A stretch of 64,000 bases of DNA from Desulfobacterales bacterium (GTDB taxonomy: Bacteria; Desulfobacterota; Desulfobacteria; Desulfobacterales; UBA2174): positions 1,088,001 to 1,152,000 of the forward strand of contig CAXXWC010000021.1 in assembly GCA_963668645.2 (NCBI GenBank). The letters run 5' to 3'. The notes below the pieces were generated by a model that did not search any database, was not told the origin of the DNA, and saw only the letters and a program-made list of their open reading frames with translations. The position numbers and the translations under genes are program-made. Position 1 is the stretch's first letter, and each line of letters begins with the position of its first letter. This document shows positions 1 through 10,301 of the stretch, in pieces.

Positions 1-333
1 CGACCCGCGGCTGACGGCCAGATCCACCACATTGTCCTTCAGTCCGATATCGGTCACGATTCCCTGAAGCGTCGCGGCGCGCTGTCCAAGGCCGTTTTCC
101 ACGATTGTACGCTCGGCGATGGCGAGCATTTCGGCAGACTGGTCGAAAAAACGCACGAACAGATCGCTGATCCGGCCCAGGGCCGCACCGAGGTATCCCC
201 CGCCGCAGCCGATATCCAGACAAAGCCCCTGCCTCACGCCGGTGCGGGCGATGATCTGCTCGGCGATGAGCGGATAGACCGGGGCAAACACGCTGCGGGC
301 GATCCGATCGAACTGTTGGGCATCTATTTTCAT
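1..333 (-). CDS. Class I SAM-dependent methyltransferase (partial, runs off window start)
   Basis: Manual translation from ATG at 333: MKIDAQQFDRIARSVFAPVYPLIAEQII...LCLDIGCGGGYLG...VDLAVSRGS; SAM motif I present. Not in the ORF track because it is truncated. Confidence 0.85.
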   Translation of the reverse strand, partial: MKIDAQQFDRIARSVFAPVYPLIAEQIIARTGVRQGLCLDIGCGGGYLGAALGRISDLFVRFFDQSAEMLAIAERTIVENGLGQRAATLQGIVTDIGLKDNVVDLAVSRGS

Positions 334-717
334 GGCGTGCTCTTTCCGTGAAAAGATTGCTGCAAGAAAGGCAGGTTAAGGCCCTACCTAATGCATGCTA
401 TAAAAGTCAAGTAATTTTTATAAAATACAATCTTGTTTAACCCGCCGACAGAAAGGGCGGAAAGGTTCGTGTTCGGGTCCATCACGTCAGGATGTGCCTC
501 TAAATCAATAGATGGCCGAAAGTGCAGAAAAACCGTCCCGCAGAAATCCTTCATGGGCCAGAGCAGGCTATAAAGTACAAATCCAACGGATTATCGAGTA
601 CTTGTCAGCAACACCGGCCAAGCCCGAGAAAACGGCCTGATTGGGTCCAGGCGACGTTTTTGAATGGCGTCATGTACTGTTTTTCAAATCCGGCGCGCAG
701 CTCCTGGCCGTTGGGGC

Positions 718-1845
718 TTAAAGCGTTGCGATGACATTGCCGGTCACACAGTTGTCGTAGCCGGGCAATGTGCCGATCTCCATGCGCAGGCGATGGGACT
801 GAAGCGTGTCGAGCAATATGGAGATGGTGGGATGGTCGAGCAGATCATCGGGGATCACCAGGTCGCAGCGGGCAGCCGTAACGGGTACAAAGCCGAGCCC
901 GAACACCTCTGCCACGGCCCGCAGCCCCAGGGCGGCATCCGCCACGCCGCAAACGATGCGATAGGCGCCGTCTCGATGGGAAAACACCTCGTTGCCGTAT
1001 CCATTGATGGCCTCGGCAGCGATTCCGGCGCGCTGCAAGTGGTCGTCGAGCAGAACCCGCAAAGCCGCACCCGGCTCGCGGTTGACGAAACGGACCATAG
1101 GCTGGGCCAGGTCCAGCACGGTACGGATACCCAGCGGGTTGCCCCGGGCCACCATCAGTCCCTCTTCCAGCAAAGAGAAGCCGAACACATGGCTGGCGGC
1201 CGAGAGGCATTGGCGCACCGCCTCGACATTGGACTCGCCCCTGCCCGAGTTGTGCAGATGGGTTCCGGCCACATGGGTCGTTCCCTGGGCGAGGCTGTTC
1301 AGGGCTTTATGGCTGGAGGCAAAACAGCAATGGACCCGTGCGTCCGGTGCCACACGGCTTACATGCTGGCCAAGGATTTCAAAAGCCGGATCACACCCCA
1401 TCAAAATGACCGTCTTGGCCACACGGTCGGCCGGCAGCAGGATCCGGGCGCTTTTTCCGTCATTTGCCAGCAGGCCGTCGGCGCAGCGCAGCCCGAAAGG
1501 AACCGATTCCGCGCCTTCCAATGAAAAGCCCACCATCCGATCGCGCACGCGTCCCAAAGCCAGGCGCGCGGATGGTTCGGCCGCACCGCTGATCACCTCC
1601 ACCGGCAGATCCTGGGGCGCTGCGGCCTCCACGAACAGGTCCTCCACTCGGCAGCCGAACACTTTGGCCAACCGCAGCGCGATAACCGTGTTGGGCAGAT
1701 ACCGGCCGGATTCGATATCGTAAATGGCCTGACGCCGCAGATCGAGGCATGCGGCGAGTTCTTCCTGGGACCACCCCTTCTGAATTCGAAATTCCTTGAC
1801 CTTGCACGTGATGGTATCGGATTGCTTGCTTTTTTTACGCCCCAT
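718..1845 (-). CDS. Transcriptional regulator, N-terminal XRE HTH plus C-terminal molybdate-binding PBP-like domain
   Basis: HTH SQEELA...RQAIYDIESGRYLP; PBP-like motifs AGTHL, RFVNREPGAALRVLLD, ADAALG; adjacent to the mod operon. Confidence 0.85.
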   Translation of the reverse strand: MGRKKSKQSDTITCKVKEFRIQKGWSQEELAACLDLRRQAIYDIESGRYLPNTVIALRLAKVFGCRVEDLFVEAAAPQDLPVEVISGAAEPSARLALGRVRDRMVGFSLEGAESVPFGLRCADGLLANDGKSARILLPADRVAKTVILMGCDPAFEILGQHVSRVAPDARVHCCFASSHKALNSLAQGTTHVAGTHLHNSGRGESNVEAVRQCLSAASHVFGFSLLEEGLMVARGNPLGIRTVLDLAQPMVRFVNREPGAALRVLLDDHLQRAGIAAEAINGYGNEVFSHRDGAYRIVCGVADAALGLRAVAEVFGLGFVPVTAARCDLVIPDDLLDHPTISILLDTLQSHRLRMEIGTLPGYDNCVTGNVIATL

Positions 1846-2027
1846 TGGCCCCCTCCCGGCAAGGATTCGACCCCGTGTTGGGTAATTCGAAGAAAATCTT
1901 GACCTAATTCAGTAACATATGTAATGATAACCAGTCAATCGAAGAATATAAGCGTCAATAAAAAGTTACCCATCCCATTAGAAACGCTATTATAGTTTAT
2001 TTAACATACAGTATGGAGCGACAACAC

Positions 2028-2753
2028 ATGCCAGACGTATATCGGGATCTAATCAATAAAGCCGAAGCCATCTTTTCCCCGCATGGCCTGATGGGCACAG
2101 CGGTGCAGGTCAGCGCCCGGGCCCTGAACGCCGAAGAGGCCATCGGCAATCCGGAAGCGGACGATTTTTCGCTCCTAAAAGGCAAAGAGCGCCTGATGCA
2201 GGCCGATATCCTAGGCGCGCTGGGTCAAGCCTTTACCGATCAATTCGGCGACTATCAAGGCACCCTGGAAACGATCATGACCACGCCTTTGACCAACAAT
2301 TTTCGCCGGGCGGTTTTCGTGGCATCCCTGAATGCCGCGCTCCGGCACCTGAATCTGATCGACGGGTCGGTGCATTGCCGGGATCAGGGGCCCGGCCAAT
2401 GCGCCCAGGCCCTGGCAGATCACATCCAGGGCCTTTACGGCAAGGCCAAGATCTGCATCATCGGCTTTCAGCCGCGGATGGTGGAAACCCTGGCTGCCGG
2501 CTTTCCCCTCAGGGCCCTGGATATGGATCAAGACAACATCGGCAAGAACAAATTCGGCGTTGTGGTTGAATCCCCGGCCGCGGCCCCGGAGGCCATGGCC
2601 TGGGCCGACTTGCTCTTGGTCACCGGAACGACCCTGGTCAACGGCACCCTGCCGGAATTTTTAGTCGGCAAGCCGGTAATTTTTTACGGCACCACCATCG
2701 CCGGAGCAGCATATCTGATGGGATGGCAGCGATTTTGCGCATTCAGCTGCTAA
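2028..2753 (+). CDS. DUF364 / Rossmann-like putative metal-chelation domain protein
   Basis: GQAFTD, NNFRRAVFVASLNA, ADLLLVTGTTLVNGT motifs; GGAG RBS at 2015-2018 favours ATG 2028 over 2013. Confidence 0.75.
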   Translation: MPDVYRDLINKAEAIFSPHGLMGTAVQVSARALNAEEAIGNPEADDFSLLKGKERLMQADILGALGQAFTDQFGDYQGTLETIMTTPLTNNFRRAVFVASLNAALRHLNLIDGSVHCRDQGPGQCAQALADHIQGLYGKAKICIIGFQPRMVETLAAGFPLRALDMDQDNIGKNKFGVVVESPAAAPEAMAWADLLLVTGTTLVNGTLPEFLVGKPVIFYGTTIAGAAYLMGWQRFCAFSC

Positions 2754-2857
2754 ACAAAAAAGTCGACAGCAGCCTGTTTCCGCAAGACGGCAGCCCGGCA
2801 CCGGGTGCATTGGGGGCGTCATTGATTCTTACATTCTAATTACAGGAGAAACGAGAC

Positions 2858-3661
2858 ATGACAACAAAAAAGTACCTGGGACGTTTGGCCCTGGCAGTGC
2901 TCGTGGTGCTCTCGGCAGCCGCCTTGTTCAACGCCGGCTGCGGGCCGGCCCTGGCGGCGGACGCCGAGGTGGTGGTGTTCGCCGCCGCCTCGACCACCAA
3001 CGCCATCAGCGAAATCGGCGATCTTTTTGCGGCCCATAAGCTGGGACGGATCACAACCTCATTCGCCTCATCTTCGACCCTGGCCAAACAGATCGCCAGC
3101 GGCGCCCCGGCCGATGTCTACCTGTCGGCCAACAAAAAATGGATGGATTTTCTCGAAGAGAAAAACACCGTGGACAAAGCCACCCGGGTCGATTTGCTCG
3201 GCAACCGCATCGTTTTGATCGCACCGGTCGACGCTGCACTCCAGACCGTCGAAATCAAATCCGGACTCGATCTGGCCGCTTTGCTCGGGGCCGACGGGCG
3301 CCTTTCCATGGGCGATCCGGACCATGTGCCGGCCGGCATGTACGGTAAAAAGGCCATGGTGAATCTCGGGCTCTGGGACCAGGTCAAGGACCGGCTGGCC
3401 CCCATGAAAGACGTACGCGCCGCCCTGGTGCTGGTCGAACGTTCCGAAGCCCCGCTGGGGCAGGTCTATGCCACAGATGCGGCCATCTCCAAAAAGGTAC
3501 GCGTGGTGGGCACTTTTCCGCTGGAAAGCCATCCGCCCATCGTCTATCCGGTGGCGGCGGTAGCCGGCGGCAAGGCCGATGCGGCCGCCAGCTTCATCGC
3601 GTTTTTAAAGACTCCCGAGTCCCGGGCGGTGTTCGAAAAGTACGGTTTTGAAGTGCGTTGA
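2858..3661 (+). CDS. modA: Molybdate ABC transporter substrate-binding protein
   Basis: Signal peptide; VFAAAS, ASSSTLAKQI, DPDHVPAGMYG, YATDA, PIVYP motifs. Confidence 0.95.
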   Translation: MTTKKYLGRLALAVLVVLSAAALFNAGCGPALAADAEVVVFAAASTTNAISEIGDLFAAHKLGRITTSFASSSTLAKQIASGAPADVYLSANKKWMDFLEEKNTVDKATRVDLLGNRIVLIAPVDAALQTVEIKSGLDLAALLGADGRLSMGDPDHVPAGMYGKKAMVNLGLWDQVKDRLAPMKDVRAALVLVERSEAPLGQVYATDAAISKKVRVVGTFPLESHPPIVYPVAAVAGGKADAAASFIAFLKTPESRAVFEKYGFEVR

Positions 3662-4359
3662 TGGGTTTCTGGCATCTGACAGATATTGAAATCGAGGCCC
3701 TGCGCTTGAGCCTGTGGGTTTCCGGATGGGCCGTGGCCGCCAGTTTGCCCCTGGGCATCCTGGCGGCCTGGGTCCTGGCCCGCCTGCGTTTTCCCGGCAA
3801 GGGGATCCTCGACGGCCTGGTGCACCTGCCGCTGGTGCTGCCGCCGGTGGTGACCGGGTACCTGCTGCTCGTGCTGCTGGGGCGCAACGGCATCATCGGC
3901 GCTGCGCTGTTCAAAACCCTGGGCATCGTGCTGGCCTTCAACTGGAAAGGGGCCGTGCTGGCCGCCGCGGTGATGTCCTTTCCACTTTTGGTGCGGGCCG
4001 CACGCCTTTCCCTGGAAAGCGTCGATCAGGGGTTGGAGGCTGCCGCCCGGACCCTGGGCGCCGGGCCGCTACGCGTCTTTTTCACCGTGACCCTGCCGCT
4101 GATGGTGCCGGGGATCATTACCGGACTGATCCTCGCCTATGCCCGCAGCCTGGGCGAATTCGGCGCCACAATCACATTCGTATCCAACATACGCGGCCAG
4201 ACCCAGACCCTGCCGCTGGCCCTGTACACCCTCACCCAGGTGCCGGACGGCGAACTCGGGGCGCTGCGCCTGTGCATCCTGTCGGTGGTCATCGCCATGG
4301 CGGCCCTGATCTGTTCGGAAGTGCTGGCCCGGCGTTTCGCCGCTCGCATGAAAGGATGA
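3661..4359 (+). CDS. modB: Molybdate ABC transporter permease
   Basis: LPLVLPPVVTGY, LEAAARTLGA, ARSLGEFGAT; TGATG overlap with modA. Confidence 0.95.
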   Translation: MGFWHLTDIEIEALRLSLWVSGWAVAASLPLGILAAWVLARLRFPGKGILDGLVHLPLVLPPVVTGYLLLVLLGRNGIIGAALFKTLGIVLAFNWKGAVLAAAVMSFPLLVRAARLSLESVDQGLEAAARTLGAGPLRVFFTVTLPLMVPGIITGLILAYARSLGEFGATITFVSNIRGQTQTLPLALYTLTQVPDGELGALRLCILSVVIAMAALICSEVLARRFAARMKG

Positions 4360-4365
4360 ACGCCG

Positions 4366-5454
4366 TTGCAGGTCGAACTCGTACGTCGGCAGGGTAATTT
4401 TTTGCTGGACGCCGCATTCCAGGGGGCCGCATCCGGGGTCACCGCCCTTTTCGGCCCCTCGGGCGCCGGTAAAACCTCCATCGTCAACATGGTCGCCGGC
4501 CTGATGCGCCCGGACCGCGGTCGTATCACCGTCAACGGTCTGTGCCTTTTCGATTCGGCCCGCGGCATCGATCTGCCTCCCGAGCGCCGCCGGATCGGCT
4601 ACGTCTTTCAAGACGGCCGCCTGCTGCCCCACCTGTCGGTACGCGCCAATCTGACCTACGGCATGCGCCTGACGCCGGCCTCTCAGCGCTTCGTGACCTT
4701 CGATGCAGTGGTCGATCTGCTGGGCATCGGCCATCTGCTGGCACGCCGGCCGGCGAAGCTTTCCGGCGGCGAGAAACAACGCGTGGCCATCGGCCGGGCC
4801 CTGCTCACCAGTCCGGCCATGCTGCTGATGGACGAACCGCTGGCCTCGCTCGATGCGGCGCGCAAGGCCGAAGTGCTCCCCTTCATCACGCGCCTTTCGC
4901 GGCAGTTCGCCATTCCGATCCTCTACGTCAGCCATGTCATGGACGAAATCCTCAACCTCGCCGAACGGTTGGTGATCATAGAGACCGGCCGTGTTACGGC
5001 CTGCGGCGACCTGGAGCAGGTCCTTGAACAATCCCAGGTGCAGTGCCAACTGGGCAAGAATGAACGCGGATCGGTCATTACCACCGTGGTGGAATCCGTC
5101 GCGGATGCCGACGGTCTGACCTGCCTGCGTTTCGGCGACCACATCCTCAAGGTGCCACCGGTGACCGCGCCCGCAGGGGCGCCGACACGCGTGCGCATCG
5201 CCGCACGCCACGTGGCCATCGCCGTCAAGGCGCCCACGGCCACCAGCTTCCAGAACATCTTTCCGGCCCGGGTCGAGACCATCCTCGACGACCACGACGA
5301 GGCCATGGTCGACGTGCGCCTGGATATCGGCCGCCCCCTCTGGGCCCGCATCACGCGCCGGTCTTGCCTGGAGCTGGAACTCGCGCCGGGAAAGCCGGTC
5401 TTCGCCCTGATCAAAAGCGTGGCGATTTCCTTGGGAGTCGGAGACTCGAGATAA
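4366..5454 (+). CDS. modC: Molybdate ABC transporter ATP-binding protein with C-terminal TOBE domain
   Basis: GPSGAGKT, LSGGEKQRVAIGRAL, LLMDEP; TOBE-like C-terminus; TTG start. Confidence 0.95.
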   Translation: MQVELVRRQGNFLLDAAFQGAASGVTALFGPSGAGKTSIVNMVAGLMRPDRGRITVNGLCLFDSARGIDLPPERRRIGYVFQDGRLLPHLSVRANLTYGMRLTPASQRFVTFDAVVDLLGIGHLLARRPAKLSGGEKQRVAIGRALLTSPAMLLMDEPLASLDAARKAEVLPFITRLSRQFAIPILYVSHVMDEILNLAERLVIIETGRVTACGDLEQVLEQSQVQCQLGKNERGSVITTVVESVADADGLTCLRFGDHILKVPPVTAPAGAPTRVRIAARHVAIAVKAPTATSFQNIFPARVETILDDHDEAMVDVRLDIGRPLWARITRRSCLELELAPGKPVFALIKSVAISLGVGDSR

Positions 5455-5826
5455 GGAAATCCCGGCCATCTGGGTTTCACCGGTAACTTCCGGGGATACC
5501 CACGAGCTTGATACCGTGTCCACTTAGTGCGCGTCCCGTCACCTCACCAGCCTTTCTTCATACCCGATTCTCTTGCACGGCAGGCAAAAGTCGCACGCTT
5601 GAACCGATCGGCATTCCTGCCTCTCGCGCTCGGATCCCGCATAGCACATCGGGCAGCCGGGAAAAGTATTGACTCCAAGAATTCCCATATGACATCTATA
5701 AATGCTTTTTAATATTTTAAAACGTCATTCCTACCTGCAAAGCGTCTGCAAATCGAGCATTTAGATAGGCAATTGACCGGGGGACTATGGGAAAAGGGGT
5801 AACCAAACCACAGAGGGAGAAAGAAG

Positions 5827-7917
5827 ATGATGCGTAAAATCAAAGGGCAAATCAGATTATGGATGGTAATGGGCGCGCTGCTGGCCGCATTTCCCCTGTT
5901 GGTGTCGCAGGCCGGGGCCGCGGGCAGCGACGGGTATCAAGAGTACTCACTGGGCGAAATCGTGGTCAGCGGCAAGGGTTCGGCGGTGCGCGATATCGCC
6001 ATCGCCGATGAGATCAAACCCGAAGACTTCGAGGCGGTCAACGCCGAAAGCGTGGCCGACGCCCTGACCTATGTGCCGGGGGTCCAGGTCACCTATGGGC
6101 GCAAATTTTTTCCCAGCATGACAATCCACGGTTTCGATCAAAACCGCATCCTGACCCTCATCGATGGGGTCCCCTACTACGAAACCAAGTACGGGGGAAT
6201 GGACTTGAACCAGATCAGCCTCGAAGGGGTGGCCAGAATCGATGTGGTCAAGGGCGCCCCCTCGGTTCTTTACGGCCCCAACGCCCTGGGCGGGGTGGTC
6301 AACATCATCACCAAGAAGCCCACTGAAAAGCCGTATTTATCGGCAACGGCGGAATACGGGGTCGACGGCCTGGACGATGCGTACAAGGCGTCTTTATCCC
6401 ATGGCATGAAGGTGGGCAATTTCAACTACTGGTTGAGCTACTCGCACCGGGAATGGAATTCGTGGGACCTTGCGGATGATTTTACCCCGCGCATCGGAAA
6501 GGTCACCTCGGGCAAAAAGGTCCTGGATAAGCGTTTGATCGAAGATGGCGGGGAAAGGGTGAATTCGGACTACCAGACGGACAACTTCTGGGGCAAAGTC
6601 GGCCTGGAACCGTCTGAAGATACCGAACTTTATGCTAATTTTCACTATATCACTACCGAAAAAGGCGACTCGCCGAACCTGGACCGGGTCAACGTATTTT
6701 CCGACTTCACCCAATTCGACCGGATCACCGCCTACGATGACTGGGGGGTCGATCTGAGCGCCAAGCACGCCTTCTCGGACCGGTTCAGCCTGCAGGCCAC
6801 GCTCTACTACCACGATCACAGCGACGACTATACCTCCTACACGGATCAGACCTATACCGAGGCCGTCGCCTTGAGCACCTACAAGGATCAGATTTTCGGC
6901 GGCATGCTGCTGGGCGATATTCGACCGGTGGACTGGAACACGGTCCGGTTCTCGATGCATTACAAGAAAGATACCCATGAGCAGCGCGATCTGGAGTCCC
7001 TGCCTTTTGCCAAAAGCTGCGCCTACACCGGCTCCATGGGCCTCGAAAACGAAATGGCCCTCATCGGCGATAAGCTGTCCATCGTGACCGGCATCAGCTA
7101 TGACTGGTTCCACATCCGCAAGGCCGAAGACGACCCGGAAAACAACGCCAACATCATCGAAGAGGGCACACCCGAGGAGATCGACGCGATAAATCCCATG
7201 ATCGGCGTCACCTACCAGGCGCTCGAGGATATCAAGCTCTTTGCCTCGGTGGCCAAAAAAACCCGCTTTCCGACACTTAATCAAATCTATACCGGGGATG
7301 TTCCCAACCTGGATCTGGATGCCGAGTCCTCGATCAACTATACCGCCGGCGTTTCCTGGAAATACAAGGATCTGGTGACCCTGGAAGTGGCGCCTTTTTT
7401 CCACGACGTTTCAGATTTCATCACCCGCGAGGTCCCGCCGGAGGACAACCCCTATTCCCAATACATCAACTTTGATCAGGTCGAGATGAAAGGGGTGGAG
7501 GTCAACACGGTGATCACACCCATGGAAGACCTGATCTTCAAGCTGGGCTGCATGTACAACGATGCCACCAACAAGAGCCCGGGCCGAGTGACCGACGATG
7601 TTCTCGGGGTTCCGGAATACACCTTCAATATCGGCGTCCAGTACACCGTGCCCGCCATCGGCACCAGGCTCAACTGGACCATGCTCTACCTGGGCAAATC
7701 CTACCGCCAGCTGCCCACCCCCGAGGAGCCCGACCTCGATGTGGTTGAAAATGAAAGCTACCAGCTATGCAACGTCAAGCTCACCCAGCCCTTCATGTCC
7801 GATCGGCTGGAAGCTTTCCTGGCCGTCGACAACCTGTTTGACGAAAACTACGAACCGGTCAGCGGCTACCCGGCGCGCGGCATGAGCATGTGGCTGGGGC
7901 TGACGTTCAAAATGTAA
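5827..7917 (+). CDS. TonB-dependent outer membrane receptor
   Basis: Signal peptide, TonB box LGEIVVSG, plug motif RIDVVKGAPSVLYGPNALGGVVNIITKK, C-terminal DNLFDENY...GLTFKM. Confidence 0.93.
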   Translation: MMRKIKGQIRLWMVMGALLAAFPLLVSQAGAAGSDGYQEYSLGEIVVSGKGSAVRDIAIADEIKPEDFEAVNAESVADALTYVPGVQVTYGRKFFPSMTIHGFDQNRILTLIDGVPYYETKYGGMDLNQISLEGVARIDVVKGAPSVLYGPNALGGVVNIITKKPTEKPYLSATAEYGVDGLDDAYKASLSHGMKVGNFNYWLSYSHREWNSWDLADDFTPRIGKVTSGKKVLDKRLIEDGGERVNSDYQTDNFWGKVGLEPSEDTELYANFHYITTEKGDSPNLDRVNVFSDFTQFDRITAYDDWGVDLSAKHAFSDRFSLQATLYYHDHSDDYTSYTDQTYTEAVALSTYKDQIFGGMLLGDIRPVDWNTVRFSMHYKKDTHEQRDLESLPFAKSCAYTGSMGLENEMALIGDKLSIVTGISYDWFHIRKAEDDPENNANIIEEGTPEEIDAINPMIGVTYQALEDIKLFASVAKKTRFPTLNQIYTGDVPNLDLDAESSINYTAGVSWKYKDLVTLEVAPFFHDVSDFITREVPPEDNPYSQYINFDQVEMKGVEVNTVITPMEDLIFKLGCMYNDATNKSPGRVTDDVLGVPEYTFNIGVQYTVPAIGTRLNWTMLYLGKSYRQLPTPEEPDLDVVENESYQLCNVKLTQPFMSDRLEAFLAVDNLFDENYEPVSGYPARGMSMWLGLTFKM

Positions 7918-7960
7918 ATCCTCGCCGTCAACCGGTAGACCGGCGGAAAAAATTGTCCGG

Positions 7961-7995
7961 ACACCCCACCCTCCACCAGGGGGGCGGGGTGTTTC
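7961..7995 (+). terminator. Putative intrinsic terminator after the TonB receptor
   Basis: Hairpin ACACCCCACCCTCC-ACCA-GGGGGGCGGGGTGT followed by a short T run. Confidence 0.55.
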
Positions 7996-8438
7996 ATCGC
8001 CCCGCAGCCGGTGAAACACCCCGTACAGTACGTCCCTTCGATGGGACGTATCATGCCGAAGATTGCTGCGACCACAAGAGCATCTGCCTTAACACCACCG
8101 CCCACGGATCCATCGCCGCAGACACGCATGAAGATCCATGGTATCCTTTAAGCAAGATTCCGCCCAAAACCTGTCCCCTGTCGAACAAACAACGGCACCG
8201 CAGCGATTGACAAGAAGTTGGCAGTCGCTTATTTTATAACGTTTTCTGGGGGAGGGGGTTAAGTGATTAAGACTGGATAAATCCTGAAGAAGTATAAATT
8301 CGGCCTTTTGAACCAGCGCGGACATCATCTTTTCCCTGATCAACCATGATGCCACAGTGATGATGATAAAGTGCGGCCGGTATCGATTCCAACCAACCCT
8401 AAAGCAATGAAGTTTTAGTATTATTTCAAGAGGATCCA

Positions 8439-9155
8439 ATGCCAAAAAGCAGACCCAAACAGGTCAAACTGGAACGTGCACCCAGACTGGTTGACCAGGC
8501 CACTGAGTTTTTAACGAACCAGATTAAAAGTGAAGCGTATGCCGAAGGTGATAAGCTGCCATCGGAAAGCACCTTGTCCGAACGGCTCGGCGTCAGCCGC
8601 ACCGTGGTTCGAGAGGCCCTGTCACGACTTATCTACGACGGTGTTCTGGAACCGCGCCAGGGCGTCGGCATTATCATTGCGGGGTCTTCTTCGAAACGGA
8701 CCTTTAGAATCGAGCCTGTGGAAAACAGGAAATCGCCCGATTCCAAATATCTCCTGGAGCTGAGAGCCACTTTGGAGGGAGAGGCCGCCTCTTTGGCTGC
8801 CATACGAAGAGATGCAGACCATATCGCCCGGCTCGATCACTGCCTAAAAGAAATAAAAAGACACACCCATTCCACCGAGGAGTCGATTCGCGAGGATATG
8901 AAATTTCATGAACTGATCGCAGAGGCCAGCTGCAATCCATACTTGCTGGACTTTATGATTTTCGTCCGCAACCATCTAAAGTTTTTACTGATAAAAACAC
9001 ATGGCATCCATCGTGATTCAACCCAGTGGACCTATGATGCCCATAACCAAATCTTTCAAGCCATCGTCCGCAGGGATTCTCAAGGCGCAAGAGAAGCGGC
9101 CATCCATCATATTAAGGTGGCCGCTTCGGGCTTGAACCTAACCCTCTTTGATTAA
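8439..9155 (+). CDS. GntR/FadR-family transcriptional regulator
   Basis: LPSESTLSERLGVSRTVVREAL wHTH; FCD domain (ELRATLE, DMKFH, HNQIF). Confidence 0.93.
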   Translation: MPKSRPKQVKLERAPRLVDQATEFLTNQIKSEAYAEGDKLPSESTLSERLGVSRTVVREALSRLIYDGVLEPRQGVGIIIAGSSSKRTFRIEPVENRKSPDSKYLLELRATLEGEAASLAAIRRDADHIARLDHCLKEIKRHTHSTEESIREDMKFHELIAEASCNPYLLDFMIFVRNHLKFLLIKTHGIHRDSTQWTYDAHNQIFQAIVRRDSQGAREAAIHHIKVAASGLNLTLFD

Positions 9156-9230
9156 AGTCTTAAGCCGGCGCCACGCTGTGCAAACGGCCAAGCCGCACCG
9201 CGTCTGCCCGGCCGCCTCATCTGCACAACA

Positions 9231-10241
9231 TCATTCCTTTCCGCCTGCCCGATACCGGTGAATCGTTTCGATCAACACCGGTAAAAACTCCTCGCAATTG
9301 TCGACGATGCCATAGTCGACCTGTTCGAAAACGGGGGCTTTGGGATCGCTGTTGATGGCCACCATCACTTTGGCGCCGACGATTCCCACCATGTGCTGCT
9401 GCTCTCCTGAAAGACCGACCCCGACGTAAAGCTCAGGGGTCACCATCTTCCCGCTCTGCCCGATCATGCGGCCCAGATCGGCCCTTCCCTCATCGACCAC
9501 CGGGCGCGTGCAGCCCAGACCGGCGTTGAGCACCTCTGCCAGTTCGCAGACGCGCTCCCAGCCCTGCGAATTGCAGGCTCCGGCCCCACCGGCAACGATG
9601 GTGGCGGCCGTCTCGAAAGCGGCACAGTCGCTTTCCTGCCGAACGATCTCAATGTTTTCCACGCGACAGGAAAGTCCATCCGGGGCCTCCAGCCAGATAA
9701 TTTCTCCGGTTCGGCAGCGATCCATTTCCGGCGCCGGGAAAACACCTGCTGCAACAGTGGCCATCTGCGGCCGCTTTTCTGGACAGACAATGGAGATAAT
9801 CCCGCCGTAGGCCGGGATTTTTTGCACCAGCACCCCATCCTCACCCATGACAAGGTCGATGCAGTGCGCCGTAAGACCGGTCTCAAGCCGGGCGGCCACC
9901 AGGGGTGCCAGCTCTCTTCCCATGTAAGTCGAACCGATCAATATGATATGCGGACAGTTCTGATGCACCTGCCTGACAACGATTTCACTGTATGCTTCCG
10001 CCTGATAGTCACCCAGGTCGGCCCCTTTGCACAGGTAAACCCGGTCCGCACCGGCGGCAAACAGGGCTTCGCCCTGTGCCTCGGCGCAATCTCCCACCAG
10101 AAGCACCTCCACCTTGCTCCCAATCCCATCGGCAAGGCTGCGGGCCTTTCCGACAAGCTGGTAAGTGATATCAAGAATGCGTCCGTCAAGCTGTTCGCCG
10201 ACAACCCACACGGGGCCGGTTGTGTTCTGGACCTCCGACAT
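9231..10241 (-). CDS. etfA: Electron transfer flavoprotein alpha subunit
   Basis: GCTRPVVD, IGQSGKMVTPELYVGVGLSGEQQHMVG, AINSDPKAPVF. Confidence 0.93.
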   Translation of the reverse strand: MSEVQNTTGPVWVVGEQLDGRILDITYQLVGKARSLADGIGSKVEVLLVGDCAEAQGEALFAAGADRVYLCKGADLGDYQAEAYSEIVVRQVHQNCPHIILIGSTYMGRELAPLVAARLETGLTAHCIDLVMGEDGVLVQKIPAYGGIISIVCPEKRPQMATVAAGVFPAPEMDRCRTGEIIWLEAPDGLSCRVENIEIVRQESDCAAFETAATIVAGGAGACNSQGWERVCELAEVLNAGLGCTRPVVDEGRADLGRMIGQSGKMVTPELYVGVGLSGEQQHMVGIVGAKVMVAINSDPKAPVFEQVDYGIVDNCEEFLPVLIETIHRYRAGGKE

Positions 10242-10301
10242 CGCCCTCTCCTACTGTGATACGGCAAACGCTCGCCGTGATGGATACCGCGGCATCGCTT
10301 T

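Noticed and set aside
334..717. Possible Moco/Wco riboswitch in intergenic DNA near the mod genes (also 5455-5826)
   Set aside because: Could not identify the conserved motif by eye; needs an Infernal search.
1983..2007. ModE-like box CGCTATTATAGTTTATTTAACA before the mod operon
   Set aside because: Spacing is shorter than the E. coli ModE consensus and the symmetry is poor; it may be an operator but cannot be supported.
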